DNA of 64,000 bases, from the NCBI GenBank assembly GCA_963797095.1, contig CAWCNY010000005.1, positions 681,507 through 745,506 on the forward strand, written 5' to 3'. Below are positions 9,908 through 19,713 of this stretch, one piece after another. The notes under the pieces were generated by a model, which worked only from the letters and a program-made list of their open reading frames with translations, had not been told where the DNA came from and ran no database searches. Source of the DNA: an uncultured Chloroflexia bacterium (GTDB lineage Bacteria > Chloroflexota > Chloroflexia > QHBQ01 > JADMIH01). Both the position numbers and the translations under genes were made by a program. Every line of letters starts with the position of its first letter. Position 1 is the first letter of the stretch.

Positions 9908-9937
9908 AGAGGTCTCGAAAGAGACCTCTTTTCTTTT
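9908..9937 (+). terminator. Intrinsic terminator
   Basis: AGAGGTCTC-GAAA-GAGACCTCT followed by a T tract. Confidence 0.7.
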
Positions 9938-10167
9938 AATGGCATTCTCCATGCGGGATCTATTGTTTGTAACTGTCAGTATTGCACACAAAGACCCCTC
10001 TCCAAATTGGTAGGGGCTTTCCAAAACAGCCAAACCGCCATTTTGGCTGTTTTGGAACCAGATTGCACGCCTGCGAACCTGAATCTAAAGTTCGGGATGC
10101 CTCATGTTTTAGGGCAAAAGCTTTCTTGTGTGAACATAGAGTACAGGTTCCGGTGCTTCCTATTTGA

Positions 10168-11935
10168 CTATACTACTTCCGGCTCGGCGTAGGGTTCGTA
10201 GTGGCGGGCCTTCTTGGGCAGGAGGAAGGCCAGGAAGAAGGTCAGCACGAAGAGGCCCGCCTCGTACCAGAGGGTCTGCTGCATGGAGGCCGAGAAGGTT
10301 AGTTGGGTTGCTTCGGTGGCGGCGGGTGTTAGCACGACCTGAATCTGCTGGGCTACCTGGGGAGGTATTGCCTGAGATGACTGATCGGACTCGAAAGCCT
10401 GGCAGCTTGCGGGCACCACGAAGGGGTCCTTCTGGACCATGCGGTCGTGGAAGCAGAGGTTGAAGCCGTGCACTATCTGGTCCTGAACGGTGGAGGGCAC
10501 ACCCGCCGACTGGAGGCCGCTCCTGATCTGAGGGGCTACCGCGTCGGCGCTGGGAGTGGCCTGGGTGCCCAGGATGCCCGAAGAAGATCACGCCTATGAC
10601 GGCCACGCCGATGGCTCCACCTAGCTGATTGATAGTGCTGACCACTCCGGACGCCGAGCCTGCGTTTTCGAGGGGCACGCCTGCGAGAACGATATCGGCG
10701 ATGGGGGCGATAACCAGGCCCATGCCTGTGCCACCTATGAGCATGGAGGGAATTAGATGCCAGGAGGTTATGTCGGTGCCTGCAAGCTGGATGGTGAAGA
10801 TCATGAGGACCATACCGGCGGCCATCAGGAGCACCCCCGCAATGATCACCTTGCGGCCGATTTTGGGAGCAAGAGCGATGGAAGCGCCTGAAAAGACGAT
10901 CGCGCCGATAGAGGCGGGGAGTCCGGTGAGGGCGGCGTGGATGGCGGACCAGCCGAGGCCGATCTGCACATAGAGTGTGTAGACCATGAAGAAGGAGGAC
11001 ATCCCCGCGAAGAAGATGATGGCAGTGAGGAGGCCCACCACGAAGGAACGCTCACGGAAGAGGCTGAGGGCGACCAGGGGAGAGCCGTCGAGGCGGGTCT
11101 TGTGGCGCTCATAGAATACGAAGAGGGCGAGCACGGGGATGGAGGCAGCCATCGAGATGAAGATCCAGGCGGGCCAGTCGAGGTCTCGGCCTTGAACGAG
11201 CGGGTCGACCAGCAGAAGGAGGCCGCCGGTGACCAGAAGCATTCCAACGAGGTCGAGCTTGATAGCCTGGGGCGAGCGAGATTCGCGCACCACCGCGCCG
11301 GAGATGATGAGAGCAAGAATACCTACGGGGATGTTGATCAAGAAGATGGGACGCCAGTCGAGGCCGAAGAGATTGCCTTCGATCAGGAAGCCGCCCAGAA
11401 GGGGACCTGCCACGGCAGCGAGACCCGCCACCGCGCCGTACATCCCGAAGGCTTTTGCACGCTCACGCCGGGGGAACGTTACCTGTATAATTGACAGCAC
11501 CTGGGGCGTCATGATGGCGGCCATCGCGCCCTGGACCACGCGGGCGGCAACCAGGACTTCGGGGTTGGCGGAAAGGCCGCACATCAGGGAAGCGAGGGTG
11601 AAGCCCGTTACGCCGATCATAAAGACCCGCTTCCTGCCGAAGATATCTCCGAGGCGACCGCCCGTGATGAGGGTTAGGGCGAAAGCGAGCGAGTAGCCCG
11701 CGATGATCCACTGGATGGTGGAGTAGGGGGCGGCAAGGTCGCGCTGGATGGAGGGGATGGCTATGTTGACGATGCTCACATCGAGGAGGTCCATAAAGCC
11801 CGCGAAGAGAAGGACGATCAAGGCGAGCCAGCGGCGGGTGTCGGCTTGCTCAACAATGGGAGTTGCCAGGGGTTGTGCCGCCTGGGTTGCGGCGTTTTGC
11901 CAGGAGGTCGGGTTAGACTGAATCTCAGTACTCAT
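10168..11935 (-). CDS. DHA2 (EmrB/QacA) MFS efflux transporter, +1 frameshift at 10577-10579
   Basis: MDLLDVSIVNIAIP, GGRLGDIFGRKR, WRPIFLINIPVG. Removing one G from TTCGGGCATC restores VIFFGILGTQ and joins the 10168..10500 ORF carrying the last TM helix. Confidence 0.85.
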
Positions 11936-12012
11936 TGCTTTTGTCCTTTTTCGGTGGTATGATTGGCCTGAAAGGGTTATCTTAGTTTCAGTGTATATCA
12001 GCAAGTAAAATG

Positions 12013-12025
12013 CTTAGTAACTAAG
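12013..12025. promoter_or_regulatory. Probable MarR operator palindrome
   Basis: CTTAGT-A-ACTAAG between the divergent MFS and MarR genes; a second ATCTTAG half-site lies near 11979. Confidence 0.55.
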
Positions 12026-12055
12026 ATAATCGCATTATAAGAGGTGTATTGCGAA

Positions 12056-13165
12056 ATGTCAAGAGGGAATTCCAAACGCGCGGAGATAATTGAGGGGCTC
12101 ACAACAGAGTTCAGGAAGAGCAGCGCGGGGTCTGTGCTGCTCAGCCAGTCGGTGGCGGATGCTGTGGGCGTTAATTCGACCGACCTGGAATGCCTGGACA
12201 TCCTGCAAATGTCGGGGCCGATGACGGCGGGGAGCCTGGCCGAAATAACGGGGCTGACCACAGGGGCGATCACGGGGGTGATCGACCGGCTGGAGAAGAA
12301 GGGGCTGGCTGAACGGGCCAAAGACCTTGAGGATCGAAGGCGAGTGATCGTGCAGACGGTAGCGGAAGGTGTAAAGAAACTTGAGCCGTATTACGAATGG
12401 GTGCAGGAGGCAGTTGACGCCATATACGAGAAGTACAATGACGAAGAACTGGCGCTGGTGCTCGAGTTCATGAAGCGGATGAACGACGCTGCACAAGCGG
12501 GGATAGCCAGGTTACGGGAAGGACCCGGCCAGGTACCGGGGGTAGCGGCGGGCAGGCAGGAGGGCAAGCACTTTTCAGCATCTCTGGGGAACGTGAGGAG
12601 GGGGAGCCTGGTGTTTGAGAACGGCACGACCAGGCTGACGATCAGGGCAGGGGATGATAGGGAGGAGCTCTATCACGCGCACTTTGAGCACCCCATACCG
12701 GAGGTGAAGGTGCAGGGTGGGAATGTGAGCATGAAATATACGGGCATCCCGTTTTTGACATTCAGGGAAAAGCCCGCCGAAGTGATACTCAACCGGCGGA
12801 TCCCGTGGAAGGTTGAGATCAAGGTGGGGGCGTCGAGGCTGAACGCGGATTTGAGGGGATTGGATTTGACGAGCTTCGAGATACACTGGGGGGTGAGCGG
12901 GGCGACAATAGCACTGCCGAGGCCTGAGGGGACCGTGCCCGTGAAGATTTCGGGTGGGGCGAGCAATGTTACGATTTCAAGGCCGCGAGGTGTGCCCGTG
13001 AGGGTGTACGTGCACCCAGGAGGGAAGAACCTGCGGCTGGATGGGGAACGATTCAGCGAGACGGAGTCGAAGCGCTGGGAGAGCGCTGGATACGGGAGAG
13101 CAAAAGACCGGTATGAGATAGAGGTGGCGTTCGGGGCCAAAGATCTGGTGGTGGAGGAGCAGTAG
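12056..13165 (+). CDS. MarR-family regulator fused to a C-terminal beta-rich (DUF4097/toast-rack-like) domain
   Basis: TDLECLDIL...GLTTGAITGVIDRLEKKG...DRRRV at the N-terminus; periodic GAS/GVS beta repeats at the C-terminus. Confidence 0.82.
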   Translation: MSRGNSKRAEIIEGLTTEFRKSSAGSVLLSQSVADAVGVNSTDLECLDILQMSGPMTAGSLAEITGLTTGAITGVIDRLEKKGLAERAKDLEDRRRVIVQTVAEGVKKLEPYYEWVQEAVDAIYEKYNDEELALVLEFMKRMNDAAQAGIARLREGPGQVPGVAAGRQEGKHFSASLGNVRRGSLVFENGTTRLTIRAGDDREELYHAHFEHPIPEVKVQGGNVSMKYTGIPFLTFREKPAEVILNRRIPWKVEIKVGASRLNADLRGLDLTSFEIHWGVSGATIALPRPEGTVPVKISGGASNVTISRPRGVPVRVYVHPGGKNLRLDGERFSETESKRWESAGYGRAKDRYEIEVAFGAKDLVVEEQ

Positions 13166-13170
13166 AGCCG

Positions 13171-13758
13171 ATGGGCCGGTTGAATATCGTCAATTTCGGG
13201 TACCGCTCGACCAACTACTACGTGCTGGCGGACACCGCGCCGAGGTTGCTGGTGGATGCAGGATGGCCCGGCACGCTTGGCATGATGCGGCAGTCGTGCA
13301 GCAGGAAGGGGATCAGGCTAGAGGATATAGAGTGCCAGATGGTGACACACTTTCACCCCGATCACGCGGGGCTTGCGGAGGATTTGAAGCGGTTGGGGGT
13401 GAGGCTGATCGTGGTCAATACACAGCTTGGGGGTATTCCGTTGCTTAGCACATATGTGAAGCCAGGAGATAAGTACACACCGATCGAGGTTGTGGGCAGC
13501 ACGATATTAAAGGTGGAGGAGACCCGTACATTTCTGGCGGGGATCGGGATCGAGGGGGAGATCATCAGCACGCCGGGACATTCGGACGATAGCGTTACGC
13601 TGGTGCTGGACGAGGGGCTGGCTTTTACGGGGGATTTGACTACGCCGACGGCTGTGCCTGATGACCCCTCGGATCTTACGTACCAGAGTTGGGCGAAGAT
13701 CCGGGCTAAGGGGGTGCATACTGTGTTTCCTGGGCACGGCCCTGCCTGGCATATCTGA
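13171..13758 (+). CDS. Metallo-beta-lactamase fold hydrolase
   Basis: LVDAG, THFHPDHAG, TPGHS, FTGD, PGHG. Confidence 0.9.
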   Translation: MGRLNIVNFGYRSTNYYVLADTAPRLLVDAGWPGTLGMMRQSCSRKGIRLEDIECQMVTHFHPDHAGLAEDLKRLGVRLIVVNTQLGGIPLLSTYVKPGDKYTPIEVVGSTILKVEETRTFLAGIGIEGEIISTPGHSDDSVTLVLDEGLAFTGDLTTPTAVPDDPSDLTYQSWAKIRAKGVHTVFPGHGPAWHI

Positions 13759-13788
13759 GCCTGGCGGCTGACGAACGCGGAGGTGTAG

Positions 13789-15153
13789 CTAGGCGGTAAC
13801 CCTGCTTCTACTGCGCGAGCGTCTGCGCCGCCGGGACGAGAAGCTAGCAGGGGCAGCAGTTTGCGATGGCTGGGCTGACCTACTCTGTGCGGGCTTGGGC
13901 GTGGCGAGGCGGGTGGGAAGCAGGAGTTGGGGTGCGGGCGCGGGAGCAGGTTGAGCACCGGCGGGTTGTGGGCGGCTGGTGCGCGGACGGCGGGGTTCGC
14001 GGGCGAACTCGGTGTTGCGCTGGGGCGCGGGTTGGCTGTAGTCGAAGCCCTTGAGGATGCGGCGCTCGATCTTGTCACCGAGGACGCGTTCGATTGAGCG
14101 GACGATATCGTTATCTTGTTCGGTGACGAGGGTGAAGGCATCGCCCGTTTTGGCGGCACGGCCTGTGCGACCTATACGGTGCGTGTAGGCATCGGTGGTG
14201 CTGGGGATGTCGTAGTTGATGACGTGGGAAATGCGGGTCACGTCGATGCCTCGGGCGGCGATGTCGGTAGCGACTAGGATCTGGTATTTACCGTCGCGGA
14301 AACCATCGAGGGCAGCCTGGCGGCGGGTCTGCGAGAGATTGCCCTGGAGGGATGTGACAATAAAGCCCACTTTGCTCAGCTGCTCCGCCAGGCGCTTGGC
14401 GCGGTGCTTGGTGCGGGTGAAGACGAGGACAGACTCGGTGTCGGTGTGGTCGAGCAATTGCATGAGGAGAGCGGTCTTGAGATGGGAGGAGATGGGGTAG
14501 AGAGCATGAGAGACCGTACCGACCGGCTCGATGTGGCCCACCTGCACAGTTACGGGATCGCGAAGGACCTCGCGAGCCAGGGTGCGAATGTCAGGCGGCA
14601 TGGTGGCCGAGAAAAGTAACGTCTGGCGGTTGGCGGGGAGGTGGCTCAGGAGCCGGCGGATGTCGGGGAGGAAGCCCATGTCGAACATGTTGTCGGCTTC
14701 ATCGAGCACCAGCACCTCAAGGTCGGACAGATTGATAGCGCTCTGTGAGATGTGGTCGAGCAGGCGACCGGGGCAGGCCACCACGATCTCGACGCCCCGG
14801 CGAAAGGCTGCCAGTTGCGGGCGCGGGCTGACGCCACCGTAGATAGTAACGGTTCGCAGGCCGGTGTGCCTGCCGAGGTCATTGATGGCGTCGCCTATCT
14901 GCTCGGCCAACTCGCGGGTGGGAGCGAGGATGAGGGCACGCACGCGACCGCGAGGGCCGGTGAGTAGACGCTGGAGGATGGGGAGGACGAAGGCAGCGGT
15001 CTTGCCGGTGCCTGTGTTGGCTAGGCCCATAACGTCGCGGCCCTGCATGACGGGCGGGATGGCCTGCTGCTGAATGGGGGTTGGCACCTCGTAGCCGAGC
15101 GCCTGCACGCCTGACATGATGTGTAGATCTAGATTGAATGATTTGAAAGACAC
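13789..15153 (-). CDS. DEAD-box RNA helicase (RhlE-like)
   Basis: PTPIQ, TGTGKT, PTRELA, DEAD, SAT, ARGID, HRIGRTGRA; basic tail; start placed at GTG 15153. Confidence 0.93.
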   Translation of the reverse strand: MSFKSFNLDLHIMSGVQALGYEVPTPIQQQAIPPVMQGRDVMGLANTGTGKTAAFVLPILQRLLTGPRGRVRALILAPTRELAEQIGDAINDLGRHTGLRTVTIYGGVSPRPQLAAFRRGVEIVVACPGRLLDHISQSAINLSDLEVLVLDEADNMFDMGFLPDIRRLLSHLPANRQTLLFSATMPPDIRTLAREVLRDPVTVQVGHIEPVGTVSHALYPISSHLKTALLMQLLDHTDTESVLVFTRTKHRAKRLAEQLSKVGFIVTSLQGNLSQTRRQAALDGFRDGKYQILVATDIAARGIDVTRISHVINYDIPSTTDAYTHRIGRTGRAAKTGDAFTLVTEQDNDIVRSIERVLGDKIERRILKGFDYSQPAPQRNTEFAREPRRPRTSRPQPAGAQPAPAPAPQLLLPTRLATPKPAQSRSAQPSQTAAPASFSSRRRRRSRSRSRVTA

Positions 15154-15213
15154 TGTTATGTAAAGTCCTTTGGGTAAAGTGCTGCCCAACCTGTATTGTG
15201 GGTGGAAAGCAAC

Positions 15214-15240
15214 AAAAAAGAGCCTCGGCTTGCCGGGCTC
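15214..15240 (-). terminator. Terminator-like hairpin downstream of tRNA-Arg, upstream of the helicase
   Basis: GAGCCCGGC-AA-GCCGAGGCTC-TTTTTT on the minus strand. Confidence 0.55.
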
Positions 15241-15340
15241 AAACATAGGCTATATTGCACTGGGCTTGGTATTTGTACCTTTGCAGTAAAGGTATTCTAG
15301 TTATTTATACCATTAAACTGCTGTCGAAGCAACTACCGAG

Positions 15341-15416
15341 TGGTACGCCCGGAGGGACTCGAACCCCCGCACCTGGCTCCGGAGGCCAGCGCTCTATCCG
15401 ACTGAGCTACGGGCGC
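15341..15416 (-). tRNA. tRNA-Arg(CCG)
   Basis: Cloverleaf GCGCCCG...CTGGC-CTCCGGA-GCCAG...GTTCGAG...CGGGCGT-ACCA. Confidence 0.97.
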
Positions 15417-15484
15417 GTACTTGATGTACCTTCTATTATAGCGCGGGCGGGGGTGAGGCGCAAGGGAGGACGAAGGGCGAGCTA

Positions 15485-17169
15485 GAGCATCGGTCAAGTA
15501 ATCAGGCAGCCGCAGCCAAGAACTGCGGGGAACGAGCCAATACATGCAGATTGTTCACCACAGCACAGCGCCGCAGATCAAACAGGTTCTTGCGTACGCC
15601 AATGTAGCGGGCGTCCTCGCCCTGCCAGTGCCCGACGTGCGCCAAGCTGTGCTCTACCCCCACCCGTTCCCGCAGCTTGGCTCGTCCGCTGGCTGTCTGC
15701 TGCCGCTCCCGCAACTCCGCCAGCAACGCCTCATCCGGGTGGATACTCACGCTGCGCCCTGCTTTACTACTCGTGCAGCGCTCCCGCAATCCACAGGCGT
15801 CGCACTGCTCGACCGGAAAATGCACCAGAGCTCCCAGCTCGAAGTTCAACTCGATGCCGTTGGGGCAACGGATCGTCTGCTTCTCCCAATCGAGGGTGAA
15901 CGCCGTCTTGTCGAAGTAAACCCCGTTGCGCACCGGCCAAGTCTTACAATAGACTTGCTGGCCACCCTGGCGCTGGCGCACCCAACTGCTACTCAGGTAG
16001 GCACGATCGATGTGCAACTCGCGCCAACTGATGCCCAGGTGCAACAGGTCCGCGGCCATGCTCTCAGTCACGCTAGCCTCCGGCGCATTGGCTGGCGTGA
16101 TGCCGACTGCCACCAGCAACTCACTATCCAAGTCACGCAGCACATGGCGCTTGTAACCATCGATCAAGCGGCTCTTGCTCTTGCGACCATGACGCATCTG
16201 GGCGTCCTCGATGCTGATGCGTCGCTCTGGCGCGACCCCTTGCCGCAAGATCGCCCCACCCGCAGCATCCGTGGTCACGTCTTGCTCTTGTACTTGCGCG
16301 GCAGCAGCCAGGCTAGCCTTGACCTGGGGCTGCTCAACCGCATCTTGTTCGCGCAGATAAGCTTCACCGGCAGCAAGTGCCGCCAGCACCAACTGCAAGG
16401 CTTGTTGTTGCTGCGCCGGGTCGTCCCAATCCAGATCGAGTGCCGCCTTGAGGCTGGAGCCCGAGACCAACTCCGCCCCAGCCGCACTTGCCACCTCCGC
16501 CAGCTCCCGCCCCTGCTGCGCGGCCAACACGCCCAAAGCCTTACGCAGGGCGTGACCCAACAGATTGAAGGTATCTTCCACCCGTGCGGCACCCCACAGG
16601 GGACTGCTGTCAAGGGCCACCCGCAACTGGCGCGAACCGAAGTCGCCACTTTGTTCAGCCAACTCAACGGTACGCTCAATCAAGCGACGGTCGAGGTTGT
16701 GTTTGATGAGAGCGGCACGAAAGGCGACCAGGGTACCCTTGCTGAAGGGGGCGGTGTCGCTGTCGAGACAATCGAGAACCAGTTGCCAGCGGCGGTCCAT
16801 CAGGCTAGCCTCGATGACCTCGTCGTCGGAAACCCCGCTGTAGGCTTGCAGCAGCGTAGCCAAGGCGAGTTGAGCGGGCGGAATAGGAGGTTGACCACGA
16901 GAGCTATCCTCATAGAGGGTAGCCAGCTCAGCTTGGAAATCGATGGAAAAGAGGCGGTGGCGGTGCAGGCGCAAGAAGACAAAGAGCTTGGCGCGACGAA
17001 TACGCTTGACGACCTGTTGTTCAAGGGTAGAGAGTTCAATAGGAGGCTCCCAGACAGCGGGGCGCATGGCATTATTCCTTTCTGTTGGCCTATAGTTGGT
17101 TTGCCAACTCTAGCAAACCATGCCCTGTCCGCCTTGTCAAGCCTTCGCCCGATTACTTGACCGATGTTC
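15485..17169 (-). mobile_element. IS1182-like insertion sequence
   Basis: Terminal IRs GAGCATCGGTCAAGTAATCAGGC / GAACATCGGTCAAGTAATCGGGC (21 of 23); CTAG at both junctions (15482-85, 17169-72). Confidence 0.9.
15502..17067 (-). CDS. DDE transposase (IS1182/IS5-like)
   Basis: GQPPIPP...LLQAY, LDSSP, GYKRH, IDRAY, Cys-rich insertion, RVGVEH. Confidence 0.9.
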   Translation of the reverse strand: MRPAVWEPPIELSTLEQQVVKRIRRAKLFVFLRLHRHRLFSIDFQAELATLYEDSSRGQPPIPPAQLALATLLQAYSGVSDDEVIEASLMDRRWQLVLDCLDSDTAPFSKGTLVAFRAALIKHNLDRRLIERTVELAEQSGDFGSRQLRVALDSSPLWGAARVEDTFNLLGHALRKALGVLAAQQGRELAEVASAAGAELVSGSSLKAALDLDWDDPAQQQQALQLVLAALAAGEAYLREQDAVEQPQVKASLAAAAQVQEQDVTTDAAGGAILRQGVAPERRISIEDAQMRHGRKSKSRLIDGYKRHVLRDLDSELLVAVGITPANAPEASVTESMAADLLHLGISWRELHIDRAYLSSSWVRQRQGGQQVYCKTWPVRNGVYFDKTAFTLDWEKQTIRCPNGIELNFELGALVHFPVEQCDACGLRERCTSSKAGRSVSIHPDEALLAELRERQQTASGRAKLRERVGVEHSLAHVGHWQGEDARYIGVRKNLFDLRRCAVVNNLHVLARSPQFLAAAA

Positions 17170-17792
17170 TAGGGCACGATGCATGCTAAAAGAAGTGGGT
17201 GAAAGGAAAAGAACAACGAGCGTTCCTCTGCTAAGATAGGCTTCGACCAAGAAACCCAAAGCAGAAAGGAACGCCCAATGCAGTATACAGCTTCCAATGT
17301 AGGTAAGACGGGTGAGTGCACCTGCACCTGCACGTTTTGCAATTGCACACACAAGCAGTTCGAGATCGGGTTTAGCGACTTGTTCCAGGCCTGCTCCACC
17401 ATTGCTGACCCACGCCGTGCTCAAGGTCGGGTCTACTGGCTGCCCAGTTTGCTCTGCATGGCTGTGGCGGCTATCCTTTGCAACTGCCTATCGGTGTTGG
17501 CTATCGCTGAATGGGCGCCAAACCTCTCACCCGATCTGCGTGAGGCGCTCAGCTTACCCAAAGATCGCAGTCCTGACCATTCCACCTTGGATCGCCTCTT
17601 TCGACGCCTCGATCCAAACCAATTGAGCAGTGCACTCACCGATTACTTCGAGCATGAGCAACAAGAGCAACAACAGAATGCGCACAGAGGGGTCTACATC
17701 GCATAGCCTCAGCTTTACGAGCCAACAGTCAGCGCCCACATCAAGCTCTCGTGCTCATGGGCCTCCTCAATTCCTCTGACGCATAAGCCCTA
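17170..17792 (+). mobile_element. Internally deleted ISAs1-family element
   Basis: Ends TAGGGCACGATGC and GCATAAGCCCTA enclose a truncated ISAs1 transposase. Confidence 0.65.
17278..17706 (+). pseudogene. ISAs1-family transposase N-terminal fragment
   Basis: DPRRAQGRVY...LLCMAVAAILC...IAEW...PDHSTLDRLFRRLDP; stops before the DDE core. Confidence 0.85.
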
Positions 17793-17800
17793 AGGGGCGA

Positions 17801-17871
17801 TGGTAGTCGGTAGTCGGTAGTCGGTAGTCGGTCTTATCACTCTTCGCCTTTCGTCCTTCGCCATTCGCCCT
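17801..17871. repeat. 7-nt repeats (GGTAGTC x4; TTCGCCT-type x4)
   Basis: Seen directly. Confidence 0.85.
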
Positions 17872-18355
17872 ATCGTGGCACGTGGCCTGCGGCCATTGTG
17901 GGGGCGGTGGAAGTTGAGGGAGTTTTCTCGCGGGCGGCTTCCTGAAGCCAGACATAGACTACCTGGGGAAGATAGGTGGCGGCGAGGAAGATGTAGAGCC
18001 AGAGAATCAGGGGGATGCCGGGGGGTGTAAAGGCGGCGATGAGGGTGAGCACCACAGATGCGCCTACGAAGAGGCCGGCCATAAGGAGGTAGGTGCGAGC
18101 GGCGTGCCAGCTATCCTGTCGGTAAGCATAGGCTGCGCCGATGCAGCTGGCAAGGAAAAGCGCCCCGAAATATTGGAGAAGTAGAAGAGGTGACGAAGGG
18201 GGAAGTGGGGCCGGCATGAAGAAGCTGTTCCAGAGCGATTCGGAGAAGAGGGCCGCCGCGCCAAAGGCGAATTGTGTGACAAAAGATATGATCAGGACCA
18301 CTTTGGTCCAGGTCAGAAGTGTACCGTTCTTTGAGCCTGCGCTGAGATTGTTCAT
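17870..18355 (-). CDS. Hypothetical membrane protein (about 4 TM helices)
   Basis: GGAGG RBS; four hydrophobic segments. Confidence 0.75.
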   Translation of the reverse strand: MNNLSAGSKNGTLLTWTKVVLIISFVTQFAFGAAALFSESLWNSFFMPAPLPPSSPLLLLQYFGALFLASCIGAAYAYRQDSWHAARTYLLMAGLFVGASVVLTLIAAFTPPGIPLILWLYIFLAATYLPQVVYVWLQEAAREKTPSTSTAPTMAAGHVPR

Positions 18356-18607
18356 TTTATCCTCCCTGGTGTTTATCTTTTAGAAAGGGCAGACAATGGC
18401 ATTGTAGGTAGCCATTACCCTCGACGGTGATAGTTTAGGTCCGGTAATTACTCATTTGCCAGACCGAAAGATGCTCATTGAGTGCTCAGTTGGGCGTTCA
18501 GTCGATGTTGTTGCGAGTGAGGGCAGATGCTATACTGGGCCACAAGATTCGAAGCGCTGGATAGGTCCGGGTAGCGGAACGCAAAACAGCTGGTAAGGAG
18601 AAATGAA

Positions 18608-19141
18608 ATGGATGCTGTTACTTTATTGCGAGAGCAGTTTCAGACTGCCCACCAATTTCTGGAAGGGACAATGGCGGATGTCACTCAGGAGCAAGCGGAT
18701 TGGACGCCGCCGGGGGTGGCAACGCCGCTAGGGGCCACCTACGCGCACGCAATCATATCTGAGGACCTGCTTATGAACGGGATGTTCCAGGGGGCGGCTC
18801 CCCTGTGCATGAGCACGTGGACGGGGAAAGTAGGCGTGAGCGAGATGATGCCTATGCCCGGCCCTGAGTGGGCGAACTATGAGGCCTGGACGCGAAGCGT
18901 GCGCATCGATCTGCCGGCCATACGCGAGTATGCGCAGGCGGTGTACAACGCGACCGACGAATATATGGCATCGCTGACGCCGGAGGACCTGGACAGGCAA
19001 CTCGACCTAAGTGGAGTGGGGATGGGACAGCTTAGCCTGGCGTGGGCGATAAGTAACCTGGCGATGGGACACATCCACGACCTGATGGGCGAGATTTCGT
19101 GCTTGAAGGGCTTGCAGGGGGCGAAGGGGTATCCGTTCTGA
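18608..19141 (+). CDS. DinB-superfamily protein
   Basis: AAGGAG RBS; YAHAIISED and GHIHDLMGEISCLKG...KGYPF His pattern. Confidence 0.8.
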   Translation: MDAVTLLREQFQTAHQFLEGTMADVTQEQADWTPPGVATPLGATYAHAIISEDLLMNGMFQGAAPLCMSTWTGKVGVSEMMPMPGPEWANYEAWTRSVRIDLPAIREYAQAVYNATDEYMASLTPEDLDRQLDLSGVGMGQLSLAWAISNLAMGHIHDLMGEISCLKGLQGAKGYPF

Positions 19142-19143
19142 TA

Positions 19144-19272
19144 GACGAAGGGCGAAGGGCGAAGGACGATGGTAGTCGGTAGTCGGTAGTCGGTAGTCAG
19201 AAGTTCCTAGTTCCTAATTCCTGCTTTCGTCCTTCGTCTTTCGTCCTCTGACTACCGACTACCCGCTACCGG
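19144..19272. repeat. Composite palindromic heptamer array (GAAGGGC, GGTAGTC, AGTTCCT, TTCGTCC, GACTACC)
   Basis: Several heptamer families and their reverse complements within about 130 bp. Confidence 0.9.
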
Positions 19273-19296
19273 CGTTTTGCGTGCCCTTATTTTGGC

Positions 19297-19325
19297 TTGA
19301 CAGGCGTCATTGCGTGCTGTATAAT
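19297..19325 (+). promoter_or_regulatory. Sigma-70 promoter of the tRNA-tuf operon
   Basis: TTGACA-N17-TATAAT, perfect consensus. Confidence 0.85.
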
Positions 19326-19420
19326 TGTTTGCGTCCTTGAAAACGACACCCTTGAAAAAGGCGCAGAAGGACGATGCACTTGAAAAAGCTAATGAAATAA
19401 AGAGAAAAGCGCTAGGATGC

Positions 19421-19495
19421 GCCGACGTAGCTCAGTGGCAGAGCAGCTGTTTTGTAAACAGCTGGTCGAGGGTTCGAATCCCCCCGTCGGCTCCA
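19421..19495 (+). tRNA. tRNA-Thr(TGT)
   Basis: GCCGACG...GCTGT-TTTGTAA-ACAGC...CGTCGGC-TCCA. Confidence 0.97.
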
Positions 19496-19524
19496 TCAAG
19501 GAAACACGTCATTCTCGCTAGTTT

Positions 19525-19611
19525 GGGCAGTTGCCGGAGTGGACAATCGGAACTGGCTGTAAACCAGTCGGGCTACGCCCTGCGGAGGTTCGAATCCTTC
19601 ACTGCCCACCA
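19525..19611 (+). tRNA. tRNA-Tyr(GTA)
   Basis: GGGCAGT...ACTGG-CTGTAAA-CCAGT, long variable arm, ACTGCCC-ACCA. Confidence 0.97.
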
Positions 19612-19713
19612 GTCGTGATACGTAAGATGTAGTACGTGTTTAGTAGAGCACAGGGAATACAATCGGCCTTGGGAACGATTGAATGTTGCCAGGAAGGGCT
19701 CTATCATGTAGGG

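Noticed and set aside
9970-10150. Possible MITE with internal hairpin CCAAAACAGCCAAA/TTTGGCTGTTTTGG
   Set aside because: Terminal similarity is limited to CACACAA and no target duplication is seen; the hairpin may simply terminate the MFS transcript.
15544-17160. 538-aa plus-strand ORF
   Set aside because: Antisense shadow of the IS1182 transposase; no motifs.
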